Below are positions 51,712-64,000 of a stretch of 64,000 nt of DNA, in pieces (positions within the stretch are counted from its first letter, which is position 1; the number at the start of each line of letters is the position of its first letter). The stretch is taken from positions 40,858,001-40,922,000 of the forward strand of contig NC_043010.1 in the NCBI RefSeq assembly GCF_006345805.1, written 5' to 3'. The notes beneath the pieces were generated by a model. The model was given only the letters and a program-made list of their open reading frames with translations, searched no databases and was not told the origin of the DNA. A program made the position numbers and the translations under genes. This DNA comes from Octopus sinensis. Its lineage: Eukaryota.

Positions 51712-54700
51712 GCGCACGCTACATATGATTTGAAGGTTTTAACTCTATCCTGAAAATTATTAAGTGACGATGAGCAGCTAAACGAAATGATGACGGAGTC
51801 GACGACGAAGTTTCAGTTTTCAATTAACAAGAATTAAGATCCGGTTCAGTTAATACCTGACGTCTATCAAATGACCAACATTAAAGGATGCCAACAAGAA
51901 TAAAGAAGAAAAGTTATCAATAATAACGAAAGTAACGGTAACGAAGATAACAGTAACACTAAGATATTTAATTCATTTAGGAGAGCCATCAGGACCTGCT
52001 ATAAAAAACCTGCTTCACTTCATAATGAACCTATAAAACGAGTACAGTCGTAAAGATTCCGGGAGGAATAGACCTGCCAGGATATGAGCTGAATTATTCA
52101 CCGAAAAGTACAGCCATTTACAAAGACATAAACATGACAAAAACAAAGAGAGTAAGCGCCTCTTTTCTGTGCAAGCTGAGAAGTGTCAGAAAAATTTATG
52201 AGTTGCCATTTTGGTGCTTCAGAAAAAGGAAATCGTACGGATCAATGAAACAGTCGATATGTCTGTGTTGGCAACAACAGTCGGCAATTGAAAATTTAAT
52301 AGGAAAAGTGGGTAACCGTAATTGCTGTTGGGGGCACAGAACATAGCTCATGTTTTTGGGAGTTTTTTTTCTATTTTAAGATCTATTTCCCTTAGCATTT
52401 CTGCCGAGATGGCGCACCTAATTTCCGGGCCTTTCTGTTTCTTTAATCTTTCCCAGCCCTCTTGGTTTGGGATTTTTTATCCATCAGTCGGTCTGATATG
52501 TTTAATTGTTAATATTTAATTATAATGGTATTTCTTTGCAGTGGTTTGTTAAACCGTTAACCCCTCTAGCGGCGCTCTTTCCACCATATATGACTGCTGT
52601 TGACCCTCAAAGAGTTCATTCCCCTTTGACATGCCTAATCATTTAATTCTGCTGAGTACCACCAATACACCTACCCGACTGAGCAACCCCAGTATTGAGC
52701 CGGTTAATCGCCGACTACTCATCCAGGAGTATATAATCTCTGGATTTACGTGGTTACCATGTTTTCATCCTATGATAACATTACTCTGAATGTGATATGG
52801 ACTTTTTAAAGATGTTAGGGTGGGATTTGAGAGAGACTTGGTTGTTTTTCCAACAGATCGAGGGACCAGGTAGTCTTTCCGTTGTTTTCTCATTGCAGAT
52901 ATGTTCTTTTTAACCTTGGATCATTCCTAGCTTAACAAAATTATGACAAAAAGCATTCAGCCATGACCATCCCATCGACTTTTCTCCCAGATATATTGTA
53001 TCTAAGACTATATTGTGCAATGCTTTTCCTTTTTTTTAAACGACAAAAAGTAACTTCAGGAATATTTGTGGAACTCCGTAGAGATTTTTCGTTTTTGGCT
53101 TGTTAGTACTGATATTGTTAATATTGCTTCTGTAAACGTTTGGCCCCAGGTCAAATTTCATCGAGCAAACCTCGAATCTAGTTTTTTTTCTCTCTTTTTC
53201 GGCGTGCCTATCTTGCTTGTCCTTTGAGATTAATTTCTATACACAGTGTATCTAGGATTAAGTAATATGTCCTTCCTTTTTGAAGATGATAGAGTGTGTG
53301 ATCTGAGATTTTGCTGCTATTTCTATCAAGTGCACCAACATGACTTTACATTTATTCTTCAAGGCATCGATAAAATTAGAACAATAGATTGGTATCAATT
53401 TGGCAGGAGTTGGGTAAGTCAATTACATCGACCCAAATGCTCAACTGGTACTTACTTTATCGCCCCCGATGGGATGAAATGTAAAGTTGACCTCAGCGTA
53501 ATTCGAAATTAGAAAGTAAAAACGGACAAAATACCGCAAACCATTCTGTCAGCTCACCGCCTTTTAGAACAAGTAATATATTGAGGCCGGATTAATCAAT
53601 TGAATTATCTAGTGAAGTGCTTTGTGGTGTTTGTTCAGAGTTCCTGTTACTACACTTATTCTGCTACCGGCAAAGGTCTCCGGTTTGAGCATAACATACT
53701 CTCTTATTCCCACTTGCCTTGAAGGCTCTGAATCACGGGATAAAAAACGTCATGAGAGCTAGCCTTCCTTTCATCAAAAACCAGTAAAAACAAAATTTCT
53801 TCCCCACCCCCATCAAATAAATTTTTTTATGGTTGTATGTCTAAGCTAGAAAATCAATATATGCTCTTTTCTAAGCCAGTTATTGAAGTTTATATCAGAC
53901 ATTTTAACAAACAGCTGAGAGTTCATTAATTTTTGGTTAATTAAACCACATCGAAATATTTAACTAAACGCAATATCCATGACTGTTACTAAAGGATTAT
54001 CGGACATTGTAAAAGCTAGTTGTGTCACTAGATTAAGGTCATCAGTTTTATTATATTAATTAAAACTACGTGTACTATCTAAATCGCTATCAGTCTTTGA
54101 AAATCTGGTATCACTGTGATACAGTCTCATTAATTTTGCTGCTTTAATTAAACTGGAAACTCATTATTGGTTTTTCAATATTTTTTTAATTCATTGTTGA
54201 TTTAGAATTTTTTATTGTCTAACAATTATTATTATTATCATTATTATTAGCATTACTTGGGAGTTCAAATCCTGTATATCCAATTTTTGTCTTTCATTGA
54301 TAAAAAATATCATATGCTGTTTTTACTTATTTACGCTTATATTATTTATTTACTCATTATTTACTCTTTTTCTGGATGCGTCGCCTGCATGTAGTAGAAA
54401 TCACGTGCTTTTTTGTTGTTGCTGTTGTTGTTGTTTTTACGTGGTTCAGAAAAGGCCCTAAGCTTGCTAAGTTTGTTTCGCAACCACGTTTTCCTGGATT
54501 TCATCCCATTACTTGGCACGTTGAACGAGTGCCTTCCACCATAACCTTGGTTTAGCAAAGAGTTTAGAAATATTCAGCCGCTATTTTAACATTAACAGAT
54601 AATGTTAAAAGCTTTCCACTTTTGGCATGTTATCATTGGTGTTACTACTGCAAATGTTTAGCCACATGTAAATCTCCACCTTCAATGTTACCAGTGAGAT

Positions 54701-54988
54701 TCGGTTGGTATGTGTGAGTTCTCTGTACAATTTAATTCTCTTTATACACATTACGAAATCAATAAGTTAATTGCTTGAACATAATGAGCAACTAAAACCG
54801 TAACCTAGAAACAGCATAGTGTTCAGATTCGAGCTATCAATACTTATCAACAAAGAAGGATACGCAAATTAGAAGATAGTTTATAGGTTATGAGTATACG
54901 CTTCAGAAAAGCGGATTCAGTTTTGTTCCAGAAGTGACACGTGTACGTGACACTCATAAGCCGCATTACGATGAAGTACGCATCTTAC

Positions 54989-55028
54989 TTGCTGAATAAC
55001 TTCTAGAGCGATTTCGTTTCGCCTAGCT
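54989..55028 (-). CDS. Candidate 40-nt exon (phase 2 to 0): ARRNEIALEVIQQ
   Basis: Acceptor aatatacttcag, donor caa|gtaaga; phases fit both neighbouring candidates. Confidence 0.5.
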
Positions 55029-55227
55029 CTGAAGTATATTGTATCTTTCAACACCATTCTTTTTCAACAGTTTTCCTTAACTAAACAACTCAGCTTCTGG
55101 GTGCTTAAAAAATGTATGTAGTGCTCATATTTTCATTGTACAGCTGCTTCTATCGCATCATTCGAATTTATCGTGTGTGTGCGTGCGTTTAATGTGAAGG
55201 TATATAAGAGAAATGATTGTAGCTTAC

Positions 55228-55322
55228 AGGGATGGTGCATCAAGAGCCATAAAAGATTTCTCACCATAATATTCTATGGCTGCAACTATGTTATATGATC
55301 GACCATAAATATACAACTTCCA
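55228..55322 (-). CDS. Candidate exon (phase 0 to 2): WKLYIYGRSYNIVAAIEYYGEKSFMALDAPS
   Basis: Acceptor ccccactgtag, donor ct|gtaagc; 95 nt open. Confidence 0.5.
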
Positions 55323-55611
55323 CTACAGTGGGGCGTAGTCTAACATTGTCGTTGAAGGCGAGAAAACAATCAGAACTTGATTGTAAATTGAAGACTGTAT
55401 TGAAATTATTAATCATGATGATGTAGTGCAACCGATTCAATAGATAACTGGATCAAAGAGCCTTAATGGGGTCGCATGTCTTGCTAGAAGTAGCAACTAA
55501 AATCCTCTTTATATCACAACTTATTCGCTGAAATAAAGGGAAAGATGTGTCCTCATCACCAAAATGGCCTTTTACTATAGCCCACCTTAAAGTCTGCTTG
55601 GTTGAACTGAC

Positions 55612-55679
55612 CTGGGGGTTAACCAACTTCGACATACGGTTTTCAGTTATAGCCATTTTGAATGCGCTTTTGTAATATG
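55612..55679 (-). CDS. Candidate exon (phase 1 to 0): YYKSAFKMAITENRMSKLVNPQ
   Basis: Donor cag|gtcagt; weaker AAG acceptor; phase compatible on both sides. Confidence 0.4.
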
Positions 55680-57369
55680 CTTTTAAATAAGCCAGGCAAG
55701 TGTAAAAACATGTCTTTCCACAACTCTCCTGTCTGTATTTAATATTCGTAAAATTGATAACGTCACCTCAATTTGTGAGGATTTAAGTGTCGTAATACCT
55801 CATACCGTTTTACAATAAGCCTTCCTTATGCTTTCTCAAACATAACATAGTGTGTTATTCTCAACATATGTGAAATTAAATGTATATCATTATCAGTCAC
55901 ATTAATCTCAATGTATAAGGCATTTCCATGATCATCAAACACATTAATTTCATAATTCTTCCTTGATTAACATATAAATATGTTTAATTCCTGGTTCATG
56001 CGAATTGAAAATGTCTTCAAATGGAAATCGTAATCATGTTTCGAAATCGATACACTCGAAATTTAGCATTATAACTCTTCCGAAAAAAACACAACGTTTC
56101 CTGTTGTCCAACCACAGAAAATATAATCAACAATTGAGATGAATGGAGTGGTTAGGTATTTGTTTTCTGTGCCATACACTTTTTCCAATATCATTAACTG
56201 CCTGTTGTGCAATATAGAGCAAACAAAAATTATAAGTCTTCAGACAAGTAAATTTAAACTACCCGTTTCACTTGCCATGATACTTCTTAAATCATACATA
56301 TCCCGACAGTGTTCGAAATAATTTCACAAGAAAATGTTTTGCTAAGTTCTCAACATTCTTTTTTACAGACAACTGTTTTCTTTTCTGCATATTTTTATAC
56401 ATATATTTTTCACTACTTATTTCCAAGTGTTTTTTTAATAATTGTTTACGATATATTTTATGCTTGTGAGAAGATTCTTCTCTGATCTTCTCTTTCGACT
56501 CATAGAAACACACGAAAAATAAGCAACTAATAATATAATAAAAAGAAATTGCTAAAATGCCCGGCAGCCATAATATTTTTTGTTTGCCCAGAATTTCTGC
56601 GTTTTATCGATTTTTCTACTGTTAAAAGCTGTTCCCACAAAAAGTCGAGATACCATTACCATGGTTCCCAAGCTACATCCCAAACAATTCCACCCAATAA
56701 CACACCCTTATAACGAACACACACACCGCTTTTTGCTTTTGTCCTTTTTTTTTGCTTTAGATCTATGACACTTGAACTAACATCTAATCTAAACTACAAA
56801 CAAACCTATGTATTTGATAAATAAAACTAACGCTAATTCATTGAGAAACATGGAAAGGTAAATTTACATCTCACCTGTAACTACTTTGTCTTTACAGTTT
56901 TGATGGGAAGGTTGCACTTGCAACTGGGATATAAGCTTCGCAAAACCAGACAAAACGGTACCAAGATGCTTTTACTGCCTGCATTCAGTAATTTTCAATT
57001 TGACTCTTATTACTTTGAAATTAGCTTAGTGGTTGCGCTGAAACTCGCTCTACTAAACAGAATATCAGAAAGGAAATAAAATTATCTCTTACTTTGCTTC
57101 AAAACGCAGAATAGAAATTACATTTTTTTTTTTTTTTTGATAACTAAAAATCATTAAATGATATTTTTAACTTTGAGCTCAAACTGAATGTCATTTTAGA
57201 GTGATTCTTTCCAAACCATTCTTGGTTCTCATTGTTGATATCTGGGAATAAGTTAATTATCCAGTCTGGGTTTTGTTAAGCAAAAAGAGATCCAGAAATC
57301 TGTCAAACAAGTGACTAAGCAGCCTGATCAAGATGTATGCAACACGCATTTTTTCTGGAAGTTTGTTTC

Positions 57370-57990
57370 ACAACCACATGGTTTCAGTTTCAGCCCCAAT
57401 GCATGGGACCCTCTGCAAATGTCTTATACTATAAGACCGGGCCGACTAAAGCCTTGCGTGTAGATTTGGTGGAGGGAAACTGAAAGAAACCCCCGTCCTA
57501 TGTAGTAGTAGTAGTAGTAGTAGTAAGGAGACATGCTCTGTGAACGCGTGTCGCTGCATTCATCTGTAGGTAAGTCCTTATTCCTGAGGGATAACATCTT
57601 TGCACCACTCAGGTGATAAAACCTACAAAATATATAACTGTTTGGATACTCGTTGCAGATGAGGGTTTTCCGAGATGCGAATCCTACTTCACCCTCTTTT
57701 AGTCGCAGAGAAAACGTTGGGTCTATTGTTTGGCATACCGTAACCCTAACCCCACATAGCTCTGGGGGTATATATGTGTGTATGTATTTCACCACTACCT
57801 AACAACCGATGTTGGTTTGTTTATGTCTTCATCATAACATCGCGGTTTGACGAAAAGAACCGATAGAATAAGTACCAAGCTATAAAAAAAATAAACAAAA
57901 TATGTACTGGGGGGGGTCAATTTGTTCAACTAGACCCTTCAAGCTAGTGCCCTAGTATGGCCGCAGTCTAATGACTGAAACAAGTAAAAT
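57370..57990 (+). mobile_element. SINE family B split by a ~270-bp insertion in its spacer
   Basis: 5' half 57370-57500, 3' half about 57785-57990; the intervening segment begins with (TAG)n. Confidence 0.75.
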
Positions 57991-58114
57991 ATGTATCAGA
58001 GAATCTCGGAAAATCAGATTTTACTTCTGTCCATGTTACATTTAAATATGAATAATTGCAACTTTGACAGAAACATGGTGAAGGCCAATTTAAAAGTAAT
58101 AAGATTAAGCTCAC

Positions 58115-58222
58115 TTTTCTTGAAGTTGCAAAGTATCTTGTGAATAAATCTGGCAATTTCATGCTTGATGTCTCTTAGCTCATCACGGAAAATGAACATG
58201 AAGTCTTGAAAGAAATTGACGA
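58115..58222 (-). CDS. Candidate exon (phase 1 to 1): VNFFQDFMFIFRDELRDIKHEIARFIHKILCNFKK
   Basis: Long T-rich tract tttctatttattttatattttataacag, donor a|gtgagc; 108 nt; amphipathic helical-looking sequence. Confidence 0.6.
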
Positions 58223-58794
58223 CTGTTATAAAATATAAAATAAATAGAAATATCTCGTGTAGTTTCCCTTTGACGGCCATCTAACTCCTATGAACAGCAA
58301 CAAACGTTCAAAGAGAATAAGACGTTCATAATTTTCAAAGACGACCTGTCGAAACAGTCGGAAATTAATAGCAATGTTCTTTGAGTTTATTTATTGCTGC
58401 GATAACGCTGCTTAATGATTTGTGATGTCGACTACCCATGGGTTTTTTTACGAGGAAATTGCATGTGGAATATTTGTCGCAAACAAGAACAGCTTCTTTT
58501 TTTTTTCTCTTTACAAATAATCTTATGTATCACTGATGACAACTTGTTATCGATGGTGTTTCCGCTGTTCACAGGTAATGATGTTCGTAAGCTGAATGTC
58601 TTTCTCGTCAAAACGAATTTGAAAATATACAGAATACCGGATCCCATTTTTTTTTTATATTTCTATTTCACAAATAACAGCTTTTGAACTAAACTTTCTT
58701 CTTTCATAAAATGAACGAAAGCAAGAGTCAAAGACCCGTTGTCTGTCAAACACATAATTTTAAACCAAATAATGTCTTCAGAATGTTTTATAAC

Positions 58795-59130
58795 AGGCGC
58801 AGGAAAGAAGCTTGCTCCACAACCACATGGTTCTGGGTTCAAGTCGCACTGAGTGTCACCTTGAGCAAGTGCCTTCTACTGTAGCTTCGGGCCGACCAAA
58901 ACCATATATGTATATATCCCAGTGTGTGTGTGTGTGTGTGTTTGTGTTTGCCCACCATCACCGCTTGACAACCGTGTTGGTGTGTTTACGTCCCCGTAAC
59001 TTAACAGTTCGACAAAAGAGATGATAGAATAAGTACTAAGCTTAAAAGAAAATAAGTCCTGGGGTCTATTTCTTCGACTAAAACTTCTCAAGGCGATGTC
59101 CCAGCATGACCGCAGTCAAGTAAAAGCTAA
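58795..59130 (+). mobile_element. SINE family B
   Basis: Head with a deletion, GT spacer and tail. Confidence 0.85.
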
Positions 59131-59519
59131 AAGAAAAGATAAATGGTGGTCAGCGTTTCCAACCATCCCTCTTCTGTAGAATTATCACACTGATGATCTG
59201 TGCAAAACCTGTATACAGTATCGCATTGCTGGCAAAATATGCTTTTACCCAATTCTACGAAATTCATCTGCAATGAAATGTTACGGGTGTATGTGAAACA
59301 TCACCGGATTTTTGTGAAGCGAAAAAAATATCTTTACTGTTTCTGAAAATTTTCTTAAGGTGTATTTTCATGAAACTCTTAAAAACTTGGGAGGTTTAAT
59401 ATCAGAATTTGAAAAAAAATTCCGTATAACATTAGTTGTTGTGATTTGGTGTTGACAGAAATTCGTATGTCATGTATTGCTTTCTATTTTTCCCTCAGTA
59501 TCATGTATCAGTATCATAA

Positions 59520-59920
59520 GGCTGCGAGCTGGTAGAATCGTTAGCACGCCGGGCGAAATTCTTAGCGGTATTTCGTCTGCCGCTACATTCCGAGTTCAAA
59601 TTCCGCCGAGGTCGACTTTGCCTTTCATCCTTTCGAGGTCGATAAATTAAGTACCAGTTACGCACTGGGGTCGATATAATCGACTTAATCCGTTTGTCTG
59701 TCCTTGTTTGTCCTCTCTGTGTTTACTCCCTTGTGAGTAGTAAAGAAATAGAAATAGGTGTCTCGCCTGTCGCTACGTTCTGAGTTCAAATTCTGCCGAG
59801 GTCGACTTTGCCTTTCATCCTTTTAAGGTTGATTAAATAAGTACCAGTTACGCACTGGGGTCGATGTAATTGACTTAATCTCCTCCCCCAAGCTACCCTT
59901 GTGGCAAAAATTTGAAATAA
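59520..59920 (+). mobile_element. Dimeric SINE family A
   Basis: Head, body, insert, then a second body restarting near 59757, then tail. Confidence 0.9.
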
Positions 59921-60914
59921 TTATATGTAGTACAACAAAGCATATTGTATTATGTGTTGAGATTATATTTTATGTCACATCAAAATTATACTTTATAGCA
60001 TCAGGAAATATATGAGCAATGCAAATACTAGTAAAAGTATATAACACAATGTGAATCTTAAATGAATGAAAACTTCGAGAACTTATAAATATTAGGAGAT
60101 AAAACGTTAATACATAACAGAAATTAAGATTATTAGTAAACATTTCGTAGACGAAAATCTACTATAATAGTCTTGTGTTTTTCTCCGTCACAACATATGA
60201 ATGAGAAAGGAAGGGATGGTAGATGAATAGGGAAGGAAAGGGTGATGGCAAAGCGGTGGGATGGTGAACATTCAACGCCGAAAAGAAAACTCAGTGCTTC
60301 AACCCGCGTGAATATGTGTGTGTGCGTGTACAAGGGAAGTATGTGAATGTATGTGAACATCAACAAGTGTATTAATTTGATTTACCATTCATATTTATAT
60401 ATAAAATACAATTAGCCGTCATTTTTTGACAGCATGGGGCCAGCTAGTAATTGAATAAAACAAATGTCACTATATTTTCGTATATTTTAAACATTTATAA
60501 ATCTTGTAGCTCAAAGGCATTAATCTTAAATCAGGTACGAATTGGGTGATTTATTGTTTTTAACCTCATCGAGCCCATACTTGGTTTTCGACTCTTTTTT
60601 AGAGGTTTTTAGAAGTAATGTTATGGTTTGTCTTTGACAAGCTTTGAGAAGTAGTTTGTATCCTCAGATTAATTTATGTATCATACATTTGAATGAAATA
60701 ATGGAAACAAAAATACTATTAATTATTAAGTAAACAAAAACATTATCTCGAAGAAGAAAATTACTCGGTGTGAAAAAAATAATACTAATACCCCTCCATA
60801 AAGTCTGGCTCGAACAAACTGCCGTTTAAATTACTTCAGTAATATTGGTTTCAAATTTTTGCATAAGGCCAGTAATTTCAAGAGAAGGGCACAAGTTGAT
60901 TATATCGACACTAG

Positions 60915-61310
60915 CGATGTTCTTCACTACTTCAGAGAGTGACGACCCTGCCTGACATGAGTTCCGGGCTCAGCTGGCTCCGGCAGACAGTACCCGGTAT
61001 GGGCCCCTATCCAGGGTTACGGAAAGGAGACAACCTTCAAAGAAATCCGGAGTGGAGCCCCGTGAGCGGTTTAGTGTTCGACTCAACACTCTTCCGGTAG
61101 CTCCTGCAACCAAGCTGGTGCCAAACGTAATGCTGCTCTGCACTCCTTTGGACTACATCAGCAAGGTCGAGAGAGGAATCCTGACGATTGGGCTACCCAA
61201 AATCTTCTTACATCAAGCCCAGACCTGCGCAGAACTGGAGAGTACACGAAATGTAAAAACCAGACTGGATTAGTTTATGCGCAACTCCATTGTCTCCCGA
61301 AACAAAAGGG
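60915..61310 (+). mobile_element. GC-rich insertion, possibly the 5' region of an RTE-clade LINE, nested in a SINE A copy
   Basis: Flanks 60850-60912 and 61318-61460 rejoin into one SINE A on the minus strand. RTE assignment rests only on recalled similarity of motifs such as gaaatccggagtggagcccc and gctggtgccaaacgta. Confidence 0.5.
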
Positions 61311-62619
61311 TGCCAACAAGTGTTCAGCTTGCATTTATTTTATCGACTTCGAAAGGCTGAAAGGCAAAAATCAACCTCAGCGGAATTTTAACTCAAAGAG
61401 GGACGAAATGCCACAAAGCAGTTTGCCTGGTGTGCAAACCATTCTACCATTTCGCCGACTTAGTTACGTCACTAATATTATTTGACCACAACTATACTAA
61501 CAAAACTATACTAACAACCTAAGAACTTGACTGTCGCTTTTATTTTATCGACCCCGGAAAGATGAAAGGCAGAATTGATCCTGGCGGGATCTGAACATAG
61601 AGTCGGAAGAAATGCCGGAAGACATTTTATCCGAAGCTCCAACAATTCAGTTAATCCACCGAGCTTATTGATCATATATTATAAAATTAATTATTTACGT
61701 TGTATTCGAGTAGTATTTTAAAAAGTTATAAGAGTCAAAACCAAATTAAAAAATTACTAATGAAACTTTACCTAATAAATAAGGCCATAAAAATAACGTC
61801 CCTGATTTAATTTCCAATTGCATAAAGACGGATATCAGGTTCACCACAATGCTCCCACTACCTCAGACAGCTTTCCCTGAATAATTACTTCTACAGGATA
61901 ACTAATCATTAACAATTGCTCTCTCGACAAGTGCGTAAAGCCCGTAATTTGAGATTTTAGTGGTATAATTATAGGGTTATAATTATAATGATACGAAAAT
62001 GTAATTCTGCTTTCTAGATAACAAATAAAACATAAAAATAAAACTCAAATTAGTTTTATTCGTGTTTATTAGCACCTTCATAGTTGTGCTTTTTCTAAAT
62101 TCTTAGTTAATTGAGAAAATTATCCATGGGAAATTATCCCAGAGACAGTTGTCCCAGAACCATATTGATCATATTCAATATGTGCTTTACTTAAATTCTC
62201 GACAAAATCTAATTATCTACATAGGTAATGTGTAATTAAACATCACTTTTTTCCCAAAATTTGATTCAGCCTTTTACAGTATACAATTAGCTTCAGACTG
62301 CTGACAATAGAAACTCTCTACAACAAACATTCATATGAATCATTAGTTTTCGGGAAAACATTACTAATTCAATAAAAAATTGAATATAAATCATTTATTC
62401 GCAGTTGCGAAGGTTTTTCTTTCGATAATGATGTATAAAAGATGGATAACCTAGTTTTAAGGTATTTCGATCGGAAAAGTCCTTCAAAGATAGGAAGTTA
62501 GAACTACTAAATCAAAGTTGTGCGTTGATTGGAAAATAAATGATTTCTAGTCAATAAAAGAGTTTTAAAAGTATAAGCAAATGATTTCATGATACAATCT
62601 TAAAATGGATAGTTCTCAC

Positions 62620-62674
62620 TGAACGCCAAACATTCTACGTAAAACTTGCAGCACAAAATCTTGTTAAGTTGCAT
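62620..62674 (-). CDS. Weak candidate exon (phase 0 to 1): MQLNKILCCKFYVECLAF
   Basis: Acceptor ctaattttaacag, donor a|gtgaga; phase matches exon 58115-58222. Confidence 0.35.
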
Positions 62675-63470
62675 CTGTTAAAATTAGCTTCAGTCTAAAT
62701 AATCGAATACTAAAGTTTGAAAATCCAAATTAATGAACTCATTCAGAAAAGTCAGCTTTGAAAATCTCATAAATTCTGAAAAGTTTGGAAATTACTCAGT
62801 TAAATGGAACCTATCTGTAAATTGTGTATAAATAGAACAGCTTCTAGTCGTCTAAAATTCTTTTGAAAGTAGAAAGTGCTCCTATAATTTAATCTTAAAA
62901 CAAGAAGGGATTTTTTTTACACAACAATGCTTTTTTTTTAATCATAATTTTCAACACAAAAATGCTTTTTATCATAATTTTCGGCACAGAAATAGTTAAA
63001 TGACACTTTTTAAAATAGACTAGAAATAAATGGCTGGAATAAACTAAATTTATTTTATTGATTCGTCAGAGAAAGCGGACATTTTATAAAGACAAAAATA
63101 TGCTACAAGCTCTTCTCGTTTTGAGATTAGATTATGAAAGCACTGGTAGCTTTTAAAACAATTTCAAACGATTCGGGGTTGTTCCGTTTTCACTCCGATT
63201 ATTATGAAAGATTCATAACAGTTGGAGGATAATGAATATTACTTTGATTGCAAATGTTATTTTATATCCAGGTAGGAATATAATTTCTTGCAAATTAGAC
63301 GTGAGGGCTAACCCTGAAAGTATACATTTGCTACCATGGGTAATATCAGGAAATATGGCATACATACAATAATTATAATTTATCTTTTATCAAATTTCTT
63401 GGAGCTTAAACAAAATTATAAAATGAATACTAATATTCAAAAGAAAATATACACATAAAGACATTACTAT

Positions 63471-63782
63471 AGGCGCATGGCTCAGTGATTAGAGCGTCGA
63501 GCTTACGACCGTGGGGTTGTGAGTTCGAATCCCGGACCGGACTGCGTGTCATGTTCTTGAGCAAGACACTTTATTTCACGTTGCTCCAGTTCACTCAGCT
63601 GTAGAAATGAGTTGCGACGCCACAGGTACCAAGCTGTATCGGCCTTTACCTTTCTCTTGGATAACACTGGTGGCGTGGAGAGAGAGGAGGCCGGTATGCA
63701 TGGGCGACTTGCCTGGACTTGTGCCTGGGAGGGTAACTTTCTAGGTGCAATCCCATGGTCAGTCAGGACCGAAGGGGGTCTC
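63471..63782 (+). mobile_element. SINE family D with a small internal deletion
   Basis: Inverted homologue of 13632-13964. Confidence 0.9.
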
Positions 63783-64000
63783 AATATATAGACATTACTT
63801 TAAAATAAATATAACAAATTTCTCATTTGTATGTTTGGGATAAATATATCATTTTTCTGAATTTTTATCTAAGTAATCGCAATCTAACCCCTCGAAACTT
63901 ATTTCTGCAAAATTTCATTTAAAAATATGTATTCTTTAGAAAGTTACAAAAATTTCACCTGTACGTCTTATGTAAATTGCTTCTGTGTCTCTTATTTACT

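Noticed and set aside
51900-52800. Protein-like fragments on both strands, including ORF 52134-52346
   Set aside because: No recognisable motif or consistent splice pair; probably old transposon debris.
56875-56970. Possible minus-strand exon HLGTVLSGFAKLISQLQVQPSHQNCKDKVVT
   Set aside because: Donor gtgaga is fine, but an in-frame stop forces a purine-rich AAG acceptor and the phase does not follow exon 58115-58222.
57740-57756. taaccctaaccc telomere-like motif
   Set aside because: Only about two units; too short to indicate an interstitial telomere.
63471-63545. tRNA-like sequence (also heads at 751, 13964, 18354, 37392, 46843)
   Set aside because: A and B boxes are present but no clean acceptor stem, and each continues into a multi-copy SINE body; these are SINE heads, not tRNA genes.

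Overview
Eukaryotic, very AT-rich and repeat-dense DNA. I infer an octopus or other cephalopod source from recalled tRNA-headed SINE families, Penelope-type tails and extreme microsatellite density; this is not checked. Almost all ORFs in the supplied track are microsatellite or repeat artefacts. Recognisable content: (1) four decayed Tc1/mariner transposons (two mariner DD34D-type, two maT/DD37D-type); (2) four tRNA-headed SINE families in dozens of copies, some split by nested insertions; (3) LINE and Penelope ends; (4) large simple-sequence arrays. Reading between the repeats by hand, I find a chain of GT-AG-bounded, stop-free, mostly phase-compatible candidate exons on the minus strand from about 62.7 kb to 1.8 kb. 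This suggests one long-intron gene crossing nearly the whole window; I cannot name it. Its largest exon (44404-44719) is CpG-rich and carries an IIGYDIET motif resembling ExoI of DEDD 3'-5' exonucleases. Other notable structures are repeated hammerhead-like cores, four short fold-back palindromes (two with hammerhead-like cores, the others with GAAAC-containing Penelope-like tails), and a SINE whose internal unit occurs as monomer, dimer and trimer. No rRNA, true tRNA, CRISPR array or intact transposase is supported. The exon chain was picked by eye and some exons may be chance.
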